NCBI GenBank assembly: GCA_051362555.1
Contig: CM120645.1
Span: 17,732,001-17,796,000, forward strand
Direction of reading: 5' to 3'
Source of the DNA: Lingula anatina
Lineage: Eukaryota > Animalia > Brachiopoda
Length of the DNA stretch: 64,000 bases
Shown here: piece by piece, positions 10,768 to 24,888 of the stretch
How positions within the stretch are numbered: position 1 is the first letter of the stretch
Layout: every line of letters starts with the position of its first letter
Program-made: the position numbers and the translations under genes
Notes under the pieces: generated by a model
What the model was told of the DNA's origin: nothing
Database searches by the model: none
Seen by the model: the letters and a program-made list of their open reading frames with translations, nothing else

Positions 10768-13700
10768 TTTAACAAATCTAGTCCAATATTTGTTAAATTT
10801 GTACAAATGATGCTTAAAATCAATAAAAATCTGTGAAAAGCAAATCAGTTGACAATGTCTAATGAAAAAGATTTTTTCAGAACATATAAATTTCAGAAAA
10901 CTGACAATGACATTGAAAACACTAACAACGCTATGCCTTAAGATAGTTAAACGTTAATAATTTTGACAAATCAAGTCCAATATTTGTGAAATTTGTACGA
11001 ATCATGCTTAACAACAATAAAAATCTGTGATAAGCAAATCAGTTGACAATGTCCAATGAAAAAGATTTTTTCAGAACATATAAATTTGAGAAAACTGAAA
11101 ATTACATTGAAAACACTGACAATACTATGCCTTAAAATCGTTAAACGTTAATAATTTTTACAAATCTAGTCTAATATTTGTGGAATTTCGACAAATGATG
11201 CTTAAAATCAATAAAAATCTGTGATTAGCTCATAAGTTGACTGTGTCTCATGAAAAGGATTTTTTCAGAGCACATAAATTTAAGAAAACTGAAAATAACA
11301 TTGAGAAGTCAGCCAAATTTAGTGCCTTAATATAGTTAAACATTAATAATTTTGACAAATCTAGTCCAATATCTGCGAAATTGGGACAGATGATGTATAA
11401 CAACAATAAAAATCTGTGATAACCTCATCAGTTGACTGTTTCTCGTGAAAAAGATTTTTTCGGATGATATAATTTAGAAAACTGAATGTTACATTAAAAA
11501 GACTGCCAAAGTCCATGACTTCAAATAGTTAAATATTTATAATTTTGACAAATCTAGCCCAATATTTGTGAAATTTGTACAAATGATGCTTAACAAGAAT
11601 AAAAATCTGTGATAAGCTCATCAGTTGACTAGGTCCAATGAAAAAGATTTTTTTAGGAAAATAAATTTGAAAAAACTGAAAATAACATTAAACAGACTGC
11701 CAATTTCCATGGTATAAAATAGTTAAACATTAATAATTTTGACAAATTTTGTCCAATATTTGTGGAATTTGGGCAAATGATGCTGAACAATAATAAAAAT
11801 CAGTGATAAGCTTATCAGTTGACTGTGTGTAATTGAAGTGTAATTGTCCTCTGAAAAAATTATATACCCATTCAAGACTTCTCCTTACTACCAATACCAG
11901 ATGCAGATTCCTCCTTACAATCAGTTTCTGGAAGCGGGTTTAGCACACCATTTGACAATGTCCTAAAGCTTGCCACATGCCATCTATTGTACACATGGGT
12001 GAGACAAACCATTGCTCTTGCTGTTGTCTTTCACTGCGTGTTTTTTCTTCAGGAATTATCCATGACCAGACAGGAAGAATCAGTTCATCAAAAAACCCAC
12101 CACGCTGTATGGAAAAGGTCACCTGGAAAAAGAACAATATATTTGAAAAAAGTGAAAATTAAATTTTAAAAATTGACAAATTTTACAGATTAAAATAGTT
12201 CAACATTAATAACTTTGATAAAGTTAAGCTTAACAGTTGACTGTCTCTAATAAAAAGGATATTTTCGGAACTGAAAGTAACACTGAAAAGACGGCCAAAT
12301 TCCACGACTTCAAATAGTTAAACGTTAATAATTTTGACAAATCAAGTCCAATATTTTGAAATTTGTACAAGAAATGCTTAACAACAATAAAAATCTGTGA
12401 TAAGCAAATCAGTTGACAATGTCCAATGAAAAAGATTTTTTCAGAACATATAAATTTGAGAAAACTGAAAATTACATTGAAAACACTGACAATGCTATGC
12501 CTTAAAATCGTTAAACGTTAATAATTTTTACAAATCTAGTCTAATATTTGTGGAATTTCGACAAATGATGCTTAAAATCAATAAAAATCTGTGATTAGCT
12601 CATAAGTTGACTGTGTCTCATGAAAAGGATTTTTTCAGAGCATATAAATTTAAGAAAACTGAAAATAACATTGAGAAGTCAGCCAAATTCAGTGCCTTAA
12701 TATAGTTAAACATTAATAATTTTGACAAATCTAGTCCAATATCTGCGAAATTGGGACAGATGATGTACAACAACAATAAAAATCTGTGATAACCTCATCA
12801 GTTGACTGTTTCTCATGAAAAAGATTTTTTCAGATGATATAATTTAGAAAACTGAATGTTACATTGAAAAGACTGCCAAAGTCAATGACTTCAAATAGTT
12901 AAATATTTATAATTTTGACAAATCTAGCCCAATATTTGTGAAATTTGTACAAATGATGCTTAACAGCAATAAAAATCTGTGATAAGCTCATCAGTTGACT
13001 AGGTCCGATAAAAAAGATTTTTTTAGGAAAATAAATTTGAAAAAACTAAAAATAACACTAAACAGACCACCAATTTCCATGGTATAAAAAAGTTCAACAT
13101 TAATAATTTTGACAAATTTTGTCCAATATTTGTGGAATTTGGGCAAATGATGCTGAACAATAATAAAAATCAGTGATAAGCTTATCAGTTGACTGTGTGT
13201 AATTGAAGTGTAATTGTCCTCTGAAAAAAACTTATACCCATTCAAGACTTCTCCTTACTACCAATACCAGATGCAGATTCCTCCTTACAATCAGTTTCTG
13301 GAAGCGGGTTTAGCACACCATTTAACAATGTCCTAAAGATTGCCACATGCCATCTATTGTACACATGGGTGAGACAAACCATTGCTCTTGCTGTTGTCTT
13401 TCACTGCGTGTTTTTTCTTCAGGAATTATCCATGACCAGACAGGAAGAATCAGTTCATCAAAAAACCCACCACACTGTATGGAAAAGGTCACCTGGAAAA
13501 AGAACAATATATTTGAAAAAAGTGAAAATTAAATTTTTACAATTGACAAATTTTACAGATTAAAATAGTTCAACATTAATAACTTTGATAAAGTTAAGCT
13601 TAACAGTTGACTGTCTCTAATAAAAAGGATATTTTCGGAACTGAAAGTAACACTGAAAAGACGGCCAAATTCCACGACTTCAAATAGTTAAACGTTAATA

Positions 13701-16510
13701 ATTTTGACAAATCAAGTCCAATATCTGTGAAATCTGGAGAGATGATGCATAACAACAATAAAAATCTGTGATAAGCTCATCAGTTGACTGTGTCTCATGA
13801 AAAGGATTTTTTTAGTGCAATAAATTTGAAAAAACTGAAAATGACATTGAAAACACTGACAATGCTATGCCTTAAAATCGTTAAACGTTATTAATTTTTA
13901 CAAATCTAGTCTAATATTTGTGGAATTTTGACAAATGATGCTTACAATCAATAAAAATCTGTGATAAGCTCATAAGTTGACTGTGTCTCATGAAAAGGAT
14001 TTTTTCAGAGCATATAAATTTGAGAAAACTGAAAATAACATTGAAAAGTCAGCCAAATTTAGTGCCTTAATATAGTTAAACGTTAATAATTTTGACAAAT
14101 CTAGTCCAATATCTGCGAAATTTGGACAGATGATGTATAACAACGATAAAAATCTGTGATAACCTCATCAGTTGACTGTTTCTCATGAAAAAGATTTTTT
14201 CGGACGATATAATTTAGAAAACTGAATGTTACATTGGAAAGACTGCCAAAGTCCATGACTTCAAATAGTTAAATATTAATAATTTTGACAAATCTAGTCC
14301 AATATTTGTGAAATTTGTACAAATGATGCTAAACAACAATAAAAATCTGTGATAAGCTCATCAGTTGACTGGGTCCGATGAAAAAGATTTTTTTAGGACA
14401 ATAAATTAAAAAAAAACTGAAAATAACACTAAACAGACTACCAATTTCCATGGTATAAAATAGTTAAACATTAATAATTTTGACAAATTTTGTCGAATAT
14501 TTGTGGAATTTGGGCAAATGATGCTGAACAATAATAAAAATCTGTGATAAGCTTATCAGTTGACTGTGTGTAATTGAAGTGTAATTGTCCTAAAAAAAAT
14601 ATATATATACCCATTCAAGACTTCTCTAAATTAAAAAAAAACTGAAAATAACACTAAACAGACTACCAATTTCCATGACTTCAAATAGTTAAACGTTAAT
14701 AATTTTGACAAATCAAGTCTAATGTCTGTGAAATTTGGGGACATGATGCATAACAACAATAAAAATCTGTGACAAGCTCATCAGTTGACTGTGTCTCATG
14801 AAAAATATTTTTTCAGAGCATATAAATTTGAGAAAACTGAAAATTATGTTGAGAAGTCTGCCAAATGCGGTGCCTTAATATAGTTAAACGTTAATAATTT
14901 TGACAAATCAAGTCCAATATTTTGAAATTTGTACAAGAAATGCTTAACATCAATAAAAATCTGTGAAAAGCAAATCAGTTGACAATGTTCAATGAAAAAG
15001 ATTTTTTCAGAACACATAAATTTGAGAAAACTGAAAATGACATTGAAAACACTGACAATGCTATGCCTTAAAATCGTTAAACGTTAATAATTTTGACAAA
15101 TTTTGTCGAATATTTGTGGAATTTGAAAATGATGCTTAAAATCAATAAAAATCTGTGATAAGCTTATCAGTTGACTGTGTGTAATTGAAGTGTAATTGTC
15201 CTCTGAAAAAAACATATATATATACCCATTCAAGACTTCTCCTTACTACCAATACCAGATGCAGATTCCTCCTTAAAATCGGTTTCTGGAAGCGGGTTTA
15301 GCACACCATTTGACATTTTCTACAGGAATTAGCCATGATCAGACAAGAAGAATCAGTTCATCAAAAAACCCACCACGCTGTATGGAAAAGGTCACCTGGA
15401 AAAAGAACAATATATTTGAAAAAAGTGAAAATTAAATTTTAAAAATTGACAAATTTTACAGATTAAAATAGTTCAACATTAATAACTTTGATAAAGTTAA
15501 GCTTAACAGTTGACTGTCTCTAATGAAATGGATATTTTCGGAACTGAAAGTAACACTGAAAAGACTGCCAAATACCATGACTTCAAATAGTTAAACGTTA
15601 ATAATTTTGACAAATCAAGTCTAATGTCTGTGAAATTTGGGGACATGATGCATAACAACAATAAAAATCTGTGACAAGCTCATCAGTTGACTGTGTCTCA
15701 TGAAAAATATTTTTTCAGAGCATATAAATTTGAGAAAACTGAAAATTATATTGAGAAGTCTGCCAAATGCGGTGCCTTAATATAGTTAAACGTTAATAAT
15801 TTTGACAAATCAAGTCCAATATTTTGAAATTTGTACAAGAAATGCTTAACATCAATAAAAATCTGTGAAAAGCAAATCAGTTGACAATGTTCAATGAAAA
15901 AGATTTTTTCAGAACATATAAATTTGAGAAAACTGAAAATGACATTGAAAACACTGACAATGCTATGCTTTAAAATCGTTAAACGTTAATAATTTTTACA
16001 AATCTAGTCTAATATTTGTGGAATTTCGACAAATGATGCTTAAAATCAATAAAAATCTGTGATTAGCTCATAAGTTGACTGTGTCTCATGAAAAGTATTT
16101 TTTCAGAGCATATAAATTTGAGAAAAACTGAAAATAACATTGAGAAGTCAGCCAAATTTAGTGCCTTAATATAGTTAAACGTTAATAATTTTGACAAATC
16201 TAGTCCAATATCTGTGAAATTTGGACAGATGATGTATAACAACAATAAAAATCTGTGATAACCTCATCAGTTGACTGTTTCTCATGAAAAAGATTTTTTC
16301 GGACGATATAATTTAGAAAACTGAATGTTACATTGGAAAGACTGCCAAAGTCCATGACTTCAAATAGTTAAATATTAATAATTTTGACAAATCTAGTCCA
16401 ATATTTGTGAAATTTGTACAAATGATGCTAAACAACAATAAAAATCTGTGATAAGCTCATCAGTTGACTGGGTCCGATGAAAAAGATTCTTTTAGGACAA
16501 TAAATTTGAA
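10768..16510. repeat. ~194-bp tandem repeat array, left part, with ~1370-bp higher-order unit
   Basis: The motif CTGTGA(T/A)AAGC..CAGTTGAC recurs at 10831, 11025, 11219, 11414, 11607 and 11801. Near-identical ORFs at 11977 and 13347 give a 1370-bp period. Confidence 0.92.
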
Positions 16511-19500
16511 ACAAGGCAGCAAAGCTGTCAAATGTACAGACAAAAATCAGGAAATAACTATGCACAAAATAGGCTACTGTCAATCCTGATGCAAAAGTAC
16601 ATTATGTTGAACTGCAAATTCAACATTAAATTTTAATTATGCTCAACAGGTAATACCAATGTAAGTAAAATGTGTAACAAGCATAAGGCTTCAGGCCCAT
16701 GGGAGTTCAAGTTCACACTTTGAAAATGTATAACTTCCAGAAAAAGAAGCCAATTAGACTACTTTTCCAACTCAGGCTGCATTTTAGCCCTGTATTTCTT
16801 TTTTGAAAGTTTGGCAATCATAAATAACATGGTTTTCCCATAATGGTCATCATAGCAGCAGCACCCAAAATTGTGTTTTCTTCTATTCTGATCCAATATT
16901 ACATATTGGTTAACAGCATAAAGACCGTCAACTTTTGAAAATAAAAAAACGTATCATGGATTTTCAGAAAATGTGACTAGCACAGGTCTTCAAGCATATC
17001 TTGTGAAAAATTAAATTTTCACAAAAAAAAAAAACTGTTTAACTGGCAGTAAGAATTACCAAACAGACTGCATTGCCTACTGAAGCTGTATTTTAGTCGC
17101 ATGTTTCTTTCCTGCAAGTTTGAGAACAGTAAGTGACCTGGTTTTTCTTAAGTGGTCATCATGGGAGCAGTGCCCAAAATAGTTTTTTTGATGCAATATT
17201 ACATAACGTTTAACAGCATAATGACCATCAATTTTTAATAATAAAATATTTGTATCATGGATATTCAGAAAATGTGATATGGGAAGGTCTTCAGGCCCAT
17301 GGAACTTCAAAGTCACAACTTGAAAATGCCAAAATGTAAACAAGACAGCACTGTTCTGAAATGTTTTTTTTTAAACATAAAACAAAATTAACAGTTTACT
17401 GCCATTTTTATATGATCAACTAAGAAAAATATCAATATAGCAGTGTTAAATAGCCAATTTCTTCCATTCTGAGATTCTGAACATAGTGAATGATTGAATC
17501 TGACAAACTGCTATGACATGAGTTTATTTCCACTTTTGAAACTTTATTACACAATACACGATAATAAGTTTACCATTATTTTTACAAAATCAACTAACAA
17601 TGTTGTAAAGATGCAGGAAATGTCAAACAAACACTTTTACGTATCTTATTAGTTAACTAATGAGACCTTTAACATGCCTAAGAATTGAATGTGAGGAAAT
17701 GTGAAAAAACAGCATAACTTCTAAAATAATGGCCCGATTATGCTGATTTTCGAACTCAACCTGTGTTTTAGCAGCATTGACCACTCCTGTGAGTTTAATG
17801 ACAATTGGCCTATCTGTTTTCCTTATATTGTGTTTATAGTGTTGCATATATGCTGAAAAGTGGGGAAAAAAGCATAACTACTAAAATAGTGGCCCGATCA
17901 TGCCGCTTTTCGAACTTGACCTCAATTTAGTGAGATCCATTACCCCAGCGAGTTTCATGACAACAGGCCTATCGTTTTTTTCTTGAAATGTGTTTACAGT
18001 GTTGCATATATGCTGAAAAGTAAAAACATCTTAAAAATGCCAGTTTGAAAAGTTAAAAATTAAAGAAAAAATTACAAAAATATTCCACTAAAGCTGCCAT
18101 TCAGTCTAGGTGCATAACCATGATATGAATCATCCAACTTGAGTTTAAACAGTGTAAACAACTGGCAGAAATATAATATATTTTGTTTTACTACAAAAAG
18201 GGCAGTCATAGCTATTATTCTGATATCTGAACTTTTCATCAGACCATGTGACATCCATAGATGGCTATACTTTGTAATAATATCTTAAGAGATTATAACA
18301 AAAAAAAAACAAAAAAAAAAAACACTTTTTAGAAAGAAAATTAATTATTTGCCAAAAAGAACGGTCAAGTTGCAAATATTGCACAACAGGTAGTATCAAT
18401 AAAAGTTAAATGTTACATGTCCTTGGGAGTTATAAGTCCCTCAATGAAAATTCCAGTACGTGAAAGATAAAATTTCACAAAATGTACAACAGAATAACAT
18501 GGTCAATAAGATTACAGTTTCAGGACCATATGTGAGAGTTCAAATTCACATAATGAAAATCCCAATATGTGAAAAAAGATGACAGTGCATAAAATAATAT
18601 AATTACACAATGTTTAAAGACATAAAAACCAACACAACTCCTTATGTGGAAAAACAGAAAATGCACCGTGCTTCTGGTGGATGGGAGTTGAAAGTGATAT
18701 CTTGAAGATGCTAGTGTTTGAAAAATAATTAAAAGAAAATGTAAAATAAAACAAAACAAAAAATTCCAATAAAGCTGCTATTCAAACTTTAAATCTAGCT
18801 GTCTAATTACTAACATGACTAACATTTACCTGCACAATAATCATCGATTCCTAATTATGTGACACAGTTAAGAGAGATATACCCAGGGGACTTTACAATG
18901 AAATCTCATCGTGTGTTTTATGTAATCTCATTTAATGGCCACTTGAAAAATTATTAAGCAAATTACTTTATGAACGTGTGTTTTATGTAATCTCATTTAA
19001 TGGCCACTTGAAAATTAATTAAGCAAATTAGTTTGTGACCCTGAATAAATATACTGCCATATACATTTATTGCACCATAGTTCACTCTATAGAACTGCAT
19101 TGCTTCCAAAACAGAAAACAATCACACTGGTTTTCCAACACAAGCTGCACTTCAGTCTTATGAAACTTTTCAGTAAATTTGAGTATCATAAGTAACATGG
19201 TTTTCCCTTAATCGCTATCCTGGCAGCAGTGTCCAAAATACAGGTTTCTTCAACTTTCATGCAATATAACACAATACTTAACAGCATAATGACCATCAAT
19301 TTTTTATTAAAAAAAATAAAAGTATCATGGATATTCAGAAAATGTGATATGGGAAGGTCTTCAAGACCATGGAAGTTCAAAGTTCAAAATGCCAAAATGT
19401 AAACAAGAGATAACTGTACTGAAATGATTTTCTTTCCATTTTCAACACCTTTTTACATAAAACAAAATAATCAATTTACTGTCATTTTTAAATGATCATC

Positions 19501-21738
19501 TAGGAAAATTGTTGACATAGGAAAAATATCAATAGAACAATTTTAAATGTCCAATTTGCTCCATTTGCAGATTCTGAACATAGTGAATGATTGGATCTGA
19601 CAAACTGCAATGATGAGTTCCTTTCCATTTTTGATACTTTATTACACAATGCATGATAACAGGTTTACCATCATTTTTATATAATCAACTAACAATATTG
19701 TTAAGAAGCAGAAAATGTCAAAACAACACTTTTACATATCTAATTAGTTCCATATTGAGACTGTTAACATGCCTAAGAATTAAATCTGAAGAAAAAAAAA
19801 CACTTATATACAAAAAGGCTAATAACTTCATCAAAACTTAACTGATCAAGCTTATTTTCAAACTTGATCTGTATACTAGTCAGACTAATCACTGCTGTAA
19901 GTTGCAAGACAAAAGGCTGATTGGTTTTCCTTAAAATGTGTTATCAGTGTTGCATATATGCTGAATAAGGAAAAAAACAGCATAACAGTTGTAAATATAG
20001 TCCAATCAAGCCAATTTTCAAACTTGAAATGCGTATTATGAATATTCATCAGTTTCAATCCAAAAAGAAAAACATTTTTACACTGATCCTGTTTTCCGTG
20101 TTACATAAATGCTGAAAATTTTGAAAAAAAAAAAAAAAACATCATAACTTCCCTAAAATTGGCCGGATCATGCTGAATTTCAAACTTGACCTGCGTATTA
20201 TAAATATTAATCAGTTCTGTAAGTTTCAAGCCAAAAAGTAAAACGGTATTTTACTTATCGTGTTATCGGTGCTACATAAATGCTGAAAAAAGTGAAACAA
20301 GACAGCACTGTTCTGAAATGGGTTTATTACCATTTTTAAGACTTTTTAAACATAAAACAAAATAAACAGTTTACTGCCATTTTTATGTGACCAACTAAGA
20401 AAATTGAAGAGATGGGAAAATATCAATAAGACAGTGTTATATGTCCAATTTCCTCCATTCTGAGATTCTGAACATAGTGGATGATTGAATCTGACAAACT
20501 GCAATGATATGTGTTTATTTCCATTTTTGACACTTTATTACACAATACACGATAACAGGTTTACTATCATTTTTACAAAATCAACTAACAATGTTGTAAA
20601 GATGCAGGAAATGCCAAACAAACACTTTTACGTATCTTATTAGTTAAATAATGAGACTGTTAACATGCATAAGAATTGAATGTGAGGAAATGTGAAAAAA
20701 CAGCATAACTTCTAAAATAATGGACCGATTATGCTAATTTTCCAACTCAACCTTCGTTTTAGTAAGATTGGCCACTCCTATGAGTATTATGACAATTGGC
20801 CTATCTGTTTTTCACTTATCGTGTTATCAGTGTTGCATATATGCTGAAAAAAGTGAAAAAAACAGCTTAACTTCCATAAAAGTGGTCTAATCATGCTGAT
20901 TTTCAAACTCGACCTGTGTATTATGAATATTTATCAGTTCTGTAAGTTTCAAGCCAAAGGGTAAAACAGCTTTTCATTTATTGTGTTATCGGTGTTGCAA
21001 AAATGCTGAAAAAAAGTGAAAAAATAGCATAAATTCAGTAAAAATGACCCAATCATGCTGATTTTCAAACTTGACCTGCGTATTATGAATATTCATCAGT
21101 TCGGTAAGTTTCAAGCCAAAAGGTAAAATGGTTTTCCATTTATGGTGTTATCGGTGCTGTATATATGCTGAAAAAAGAGAAAAAATAGCCTAAATTTACT
21201 AAAAATGACCCAATCATGCTGATTTTCGAACTTGACCTGCGTATTATGAATATTCATCAGTTCTGTAAGTTTCAAGCCAAAAGGTAAAATGGTTTTCCAT
21301 TTATGGTGTTATCGGTGCTGTATATATGCTGAAAAAAGAGAAAAAATAGCCTAAATTCACTAAAAATGACACAATCACGCTGATTTTCGAACTTGACCTG
21401 AGTATTATAATTATTCATCAGTTCTGTAAGTTTCAAGCCAAAAGGTAAAATGGTTTTCCACTTATCGTGTTATCGGTACTGCATATATGCTGAAAAAAGT
21501 GAAAAAACAGCATAAATTCCCTATCAGTGACCCGATCATGCTGATTTTCGAACTTGACCTGCGTATTATAAATATTCATCAGTTCTGTAAGTTTCAAGCC
21601 AAAAGAAAAAACAGTTTTCCACTTATCATGTTATCGGTAAAAGTGCACGGCGACGACGGCAACGACGGCGACGACGGCGACGGCGACGACAGACGCAGAT
21701 GACGGCTATATGTACAGACACATCTGTGTCTGTACATA
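16511..21738 (+). mobile_element. Helentron-associated non-autonomous element (HINE / pearl-CvA-like), ~5.2 kb
   Basis: It starts (A)ACAAG with a small hairpin and ATGTACAGACA (16532). It holds ~161-bp core tandem repeats, then a (GACGACGGC)-like microsatellite (21647-21703) and a 3' hairpin TATGTACAGACACA-TC-TGTGTCTGTACATA (21709-21738). It sits in the A-tract of a 194-bp monomer (TAAATTTGAA|AAAAACTGAAAATAAC) with no TSD. Confidence 0.75.
20690..21640. repeat. ~161-bp core tandem repeats of the HINE-like element
   Basis: ATGCTGAAAAAAG recurs at 21165, 21326 and 21487, and each unit contains GCTGATTTTCGAACTTGACCTG. More diverged units lie at 17700-18020 and 19820-20295. Confidence 0.88.
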
Positions 21739-23596
21739 AAAACTGAAAATAACAAACTAACAGACTGCCAATTTCCATGGTATAAAATAGTTAAACATGA
21801 ATAATTTTGACAAATTTTGTCGAATATTTGTGGAATTTGAAAATGATGCTGAACAATAATAAAAATCTGTGATAAGCTTATCAGTTGACTGTGTGTAATT
21901 GAAGTGTAATTGTCCTCCAAAAAATAAATATACTGTATATATATATATACCCATTCAAGACTTCTCCTTACTACCAATACCAGATGCAGATTCTTCCTTA
22001 AAATCTGTTTCTGGAAGCGGGTTTAGCACACCATTTGACATTTTCTACAGGAATTAGCCATGATCAGACAAGAAGAATCAGTTCATCAAAAAACCCACCA
22101 CGCTGTATGGAAAAGGTCACCTGGAAAAAGAACAATATATTTGAAAAAAGTGAAAATTAAATTTTAAAAATTGACAAATTTTACAGATTAAAATAGTTCA
22201 ACATTAATAACTTTGATAAAGTTAAGCTTAACAGTTGACTGTCTCTAATGAAATGGATATTTTCAGAACTGAAAGTAACACTGAAAAGACTGCCAAATTC
22301 CATGACTTCAAATAGTTAAAGCTTATCAGTTGACTGTGTGTAATTGAAGTGTAATTGTCCTCTGAAAAAAATATATACCCATTCAAGACTTCTCCTTACT
22401 ACCAATACCATATGCAGATTCCTCCTTACAATCGGTTTCTGGAAGCGGGTTTAGCACACCATTTGACAATGTCCTAAAGCTTGCCACATGCCATCTATTG
22501 TACACATGGATGAGACAAACCATTGCTCTTGCTGTTGTCTATCACTGCCTGTTTTTTTTCACAGGAAATAGCCATGACCAGACAGGAAGAATCAGTTCAT
22601 CAAAAAACCCACCACGCTGTATGGAAAAGGTCACCTGGAAAAAGAACAATATATTTGAAATAAGTGAAAATTAAATTTTTAAAATTGACAAATTTTACAG
22701 ATTAAAATAGTTCAACATTAATAACTTTGATAAACTTAAGCTTAACAGTTGACTGTCTCTAAAATAAAAAGGATATTTTCGGAACTTTCCATGACTTCAA
22801 ATAGTTAAACTTTAATAATTTTGACAAATCAAGTCCAATATCTGTGAAATTTGGAGACATGATGCATAACAACAATAAAAATCTGTTGACTGTGTCTCAT
22901 GAAAAATATTTTTTCAGAGCATATAAATTTGAGAAAACTTAAAATTATATCGAGAAGTCTGCCAAATGCAGTGCCTTAATATAGTTAAATGTTAATAATT
23001 TTGACAAATCTAGTCAAATATTTGTGAAATTTGTAAGATTCATGCTTAACATCAATAAAAATCTGTGAAAAGCAAATCAGTTGACAAAGTCCAATGAAAA
23101 AGCTTTTTTTAGAGCATATAAATTTGAGAAAACTGAAAATAACATTGAGAAGTCAGCCAAATTCAGTGCCTTAATATAGTTGAACATTAATAATTTTGAC
23201 AAATCTAGTCCAATATCTGCAAATATCTGCAATATCTGGACAGATGATGTATAACAACAATAAAAATCTGTGATAACCTCGTCAGTTGACTGTTTCTCAT
23301 GAAAGTTTTTTTTCTGACAATATAATTTAGAAAACTGAATGTTTCATTGAAAAGACTGCCAAAGTCCATGACTTCAAATAGTTAAATGTTAAGAATTTTG
23401 ACAAATCTAGTCCAATGTTTGTGAAATTTGTACAAATGATGCTGAAAATCAATAAAAATCTGTGATAAGCTCATTAGTTGCCTGGGTCCAATGAAAAAGA
23501 TTTTAAGGAAAATAAATTTGAGAAAACTGAAAATAACACTGAAAAGACTGCCAAATTTCATGGTATAAAATAGTTAAACATTAATAATTTTGACAA
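21739..23596. repeat. ~194-bp tandem repeat array, right part
   Basis: Same monomer and the same spacer module as 10768-16510; it resumes in register after the insertion. Confidence 0.9.
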
Positions 23597-24888
23597 TTTT
23601 GTTTTCTTGATATTTTAAAGATGTAAAAGTACAATTGAAACTCAAGTGGATAAAGTGGATCATTTAAAATAATGAAAATACTCCAAGAAAATTTTGATGC
23701 CAGAATCATTTTCTGCATGATCAATTTCTGGTCTTTGAATTAATAATTTTTTTAAAGGGAGGAGAGAAATTAGCATTGTGCCAATATTAGATTGTTTTAA
23801 TGTAAATAAACAAAAGGAGGATGGTTTACTCAAACACTTACTTTGTCTGCACTTGTTTTGTTGTGCCTAACTTTTGTTTGTAATAAATATATATACATTT
23901 AATAAAATTTAATTAGTTATTTGTCTATGCCCTATTGTTTTGTTTAAATGTCATGTTAAGGAATTATATAGATTTAGTATTTTTTTTAAACTTTCTATAT
24001 AATTGTTTTGTTACACTGTTAAATAATGTTTATAACTGTAATGAATTATAAATTTATTATTCGGTTTAAATAGAACTTATAATGAGCTTATCAATGTTAT
24101 AACAAACATTTTTCTTTATTTACCCACATATCTTTGCATGTATTTTCACTTGTATGTATATATAAATTTTTCTTTTTTAGTTTGTTTGTAATAGGAATCA
24201 TAAAATGTTAATAATATGGGAAGTGAGTATTATTAGTCTAAGAGTAAATATACTTGGTCAGTATCAGATAATGTATATTAAAGGGTTCAATTTAACATTA
24301 TAAACTGAAGATGCTTAAATTAAATGAGTAATTTAACTGATAGTTTTATTATATGATAGGGATATATAGGTAAACAAATGATTAACATGTTTTTATTAAG
24401 TGAAATATGTTATGTTGCTTCATAAAACATAAACATTAGATGATTATTTCTGCTGAAATATGGACTGAATGGCAACTTAGAAACAATATATATGTATGCT
24501 GAAACATTTTAGTGGATTCATAAAATTTTCTCTTAAAACAAGGTAATGATTACAAGATGGATGTAATCACATCTGATTAATCATTGTATTAAAGGGAAGA
24601 AGGAGTATTAAATAGAAAGTACATAGCCAATTAATACAACGAAGATATGTTATGTTGAATTCTAGTTATATTTACTGGAGGGAATGAATATTATATAATG
24701 TTACTTTTTTATGTTATTAATCCATTTGTGCATATAACAGTAATGAGAAGTTTCATATAAACAGAATATGATATGATCAAATAAATGTTTGGGTAAATTT
24801 TAATTAAGCCTGATTTTTAATAAAATGGTTATGATATAGAATTTTTTTGGAAATAGATTATTAAATTTTATTTGCGAAAGTTTTGAGG

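Noticed and set aside
18910-19030. 66-bp tandem duplication (similar ones at 7126-7228 and 16-55)
   Set aside because: Ordinary local slippage duplications with no further structure.
10768-23596. Repeat-plus-spacer pattern as a CRISPR-like array
   Set aside because: The repeats are ~194 bp, the spacer is the same sequence each time, the context is eukaryotic, and there are no cas genes.
23600-24880. Very AT-rich stretch as an organellar insertion or upstream PLE RT
   Set aside because: I could not read any mitochondrial gene, tRNA or RT motif in it.
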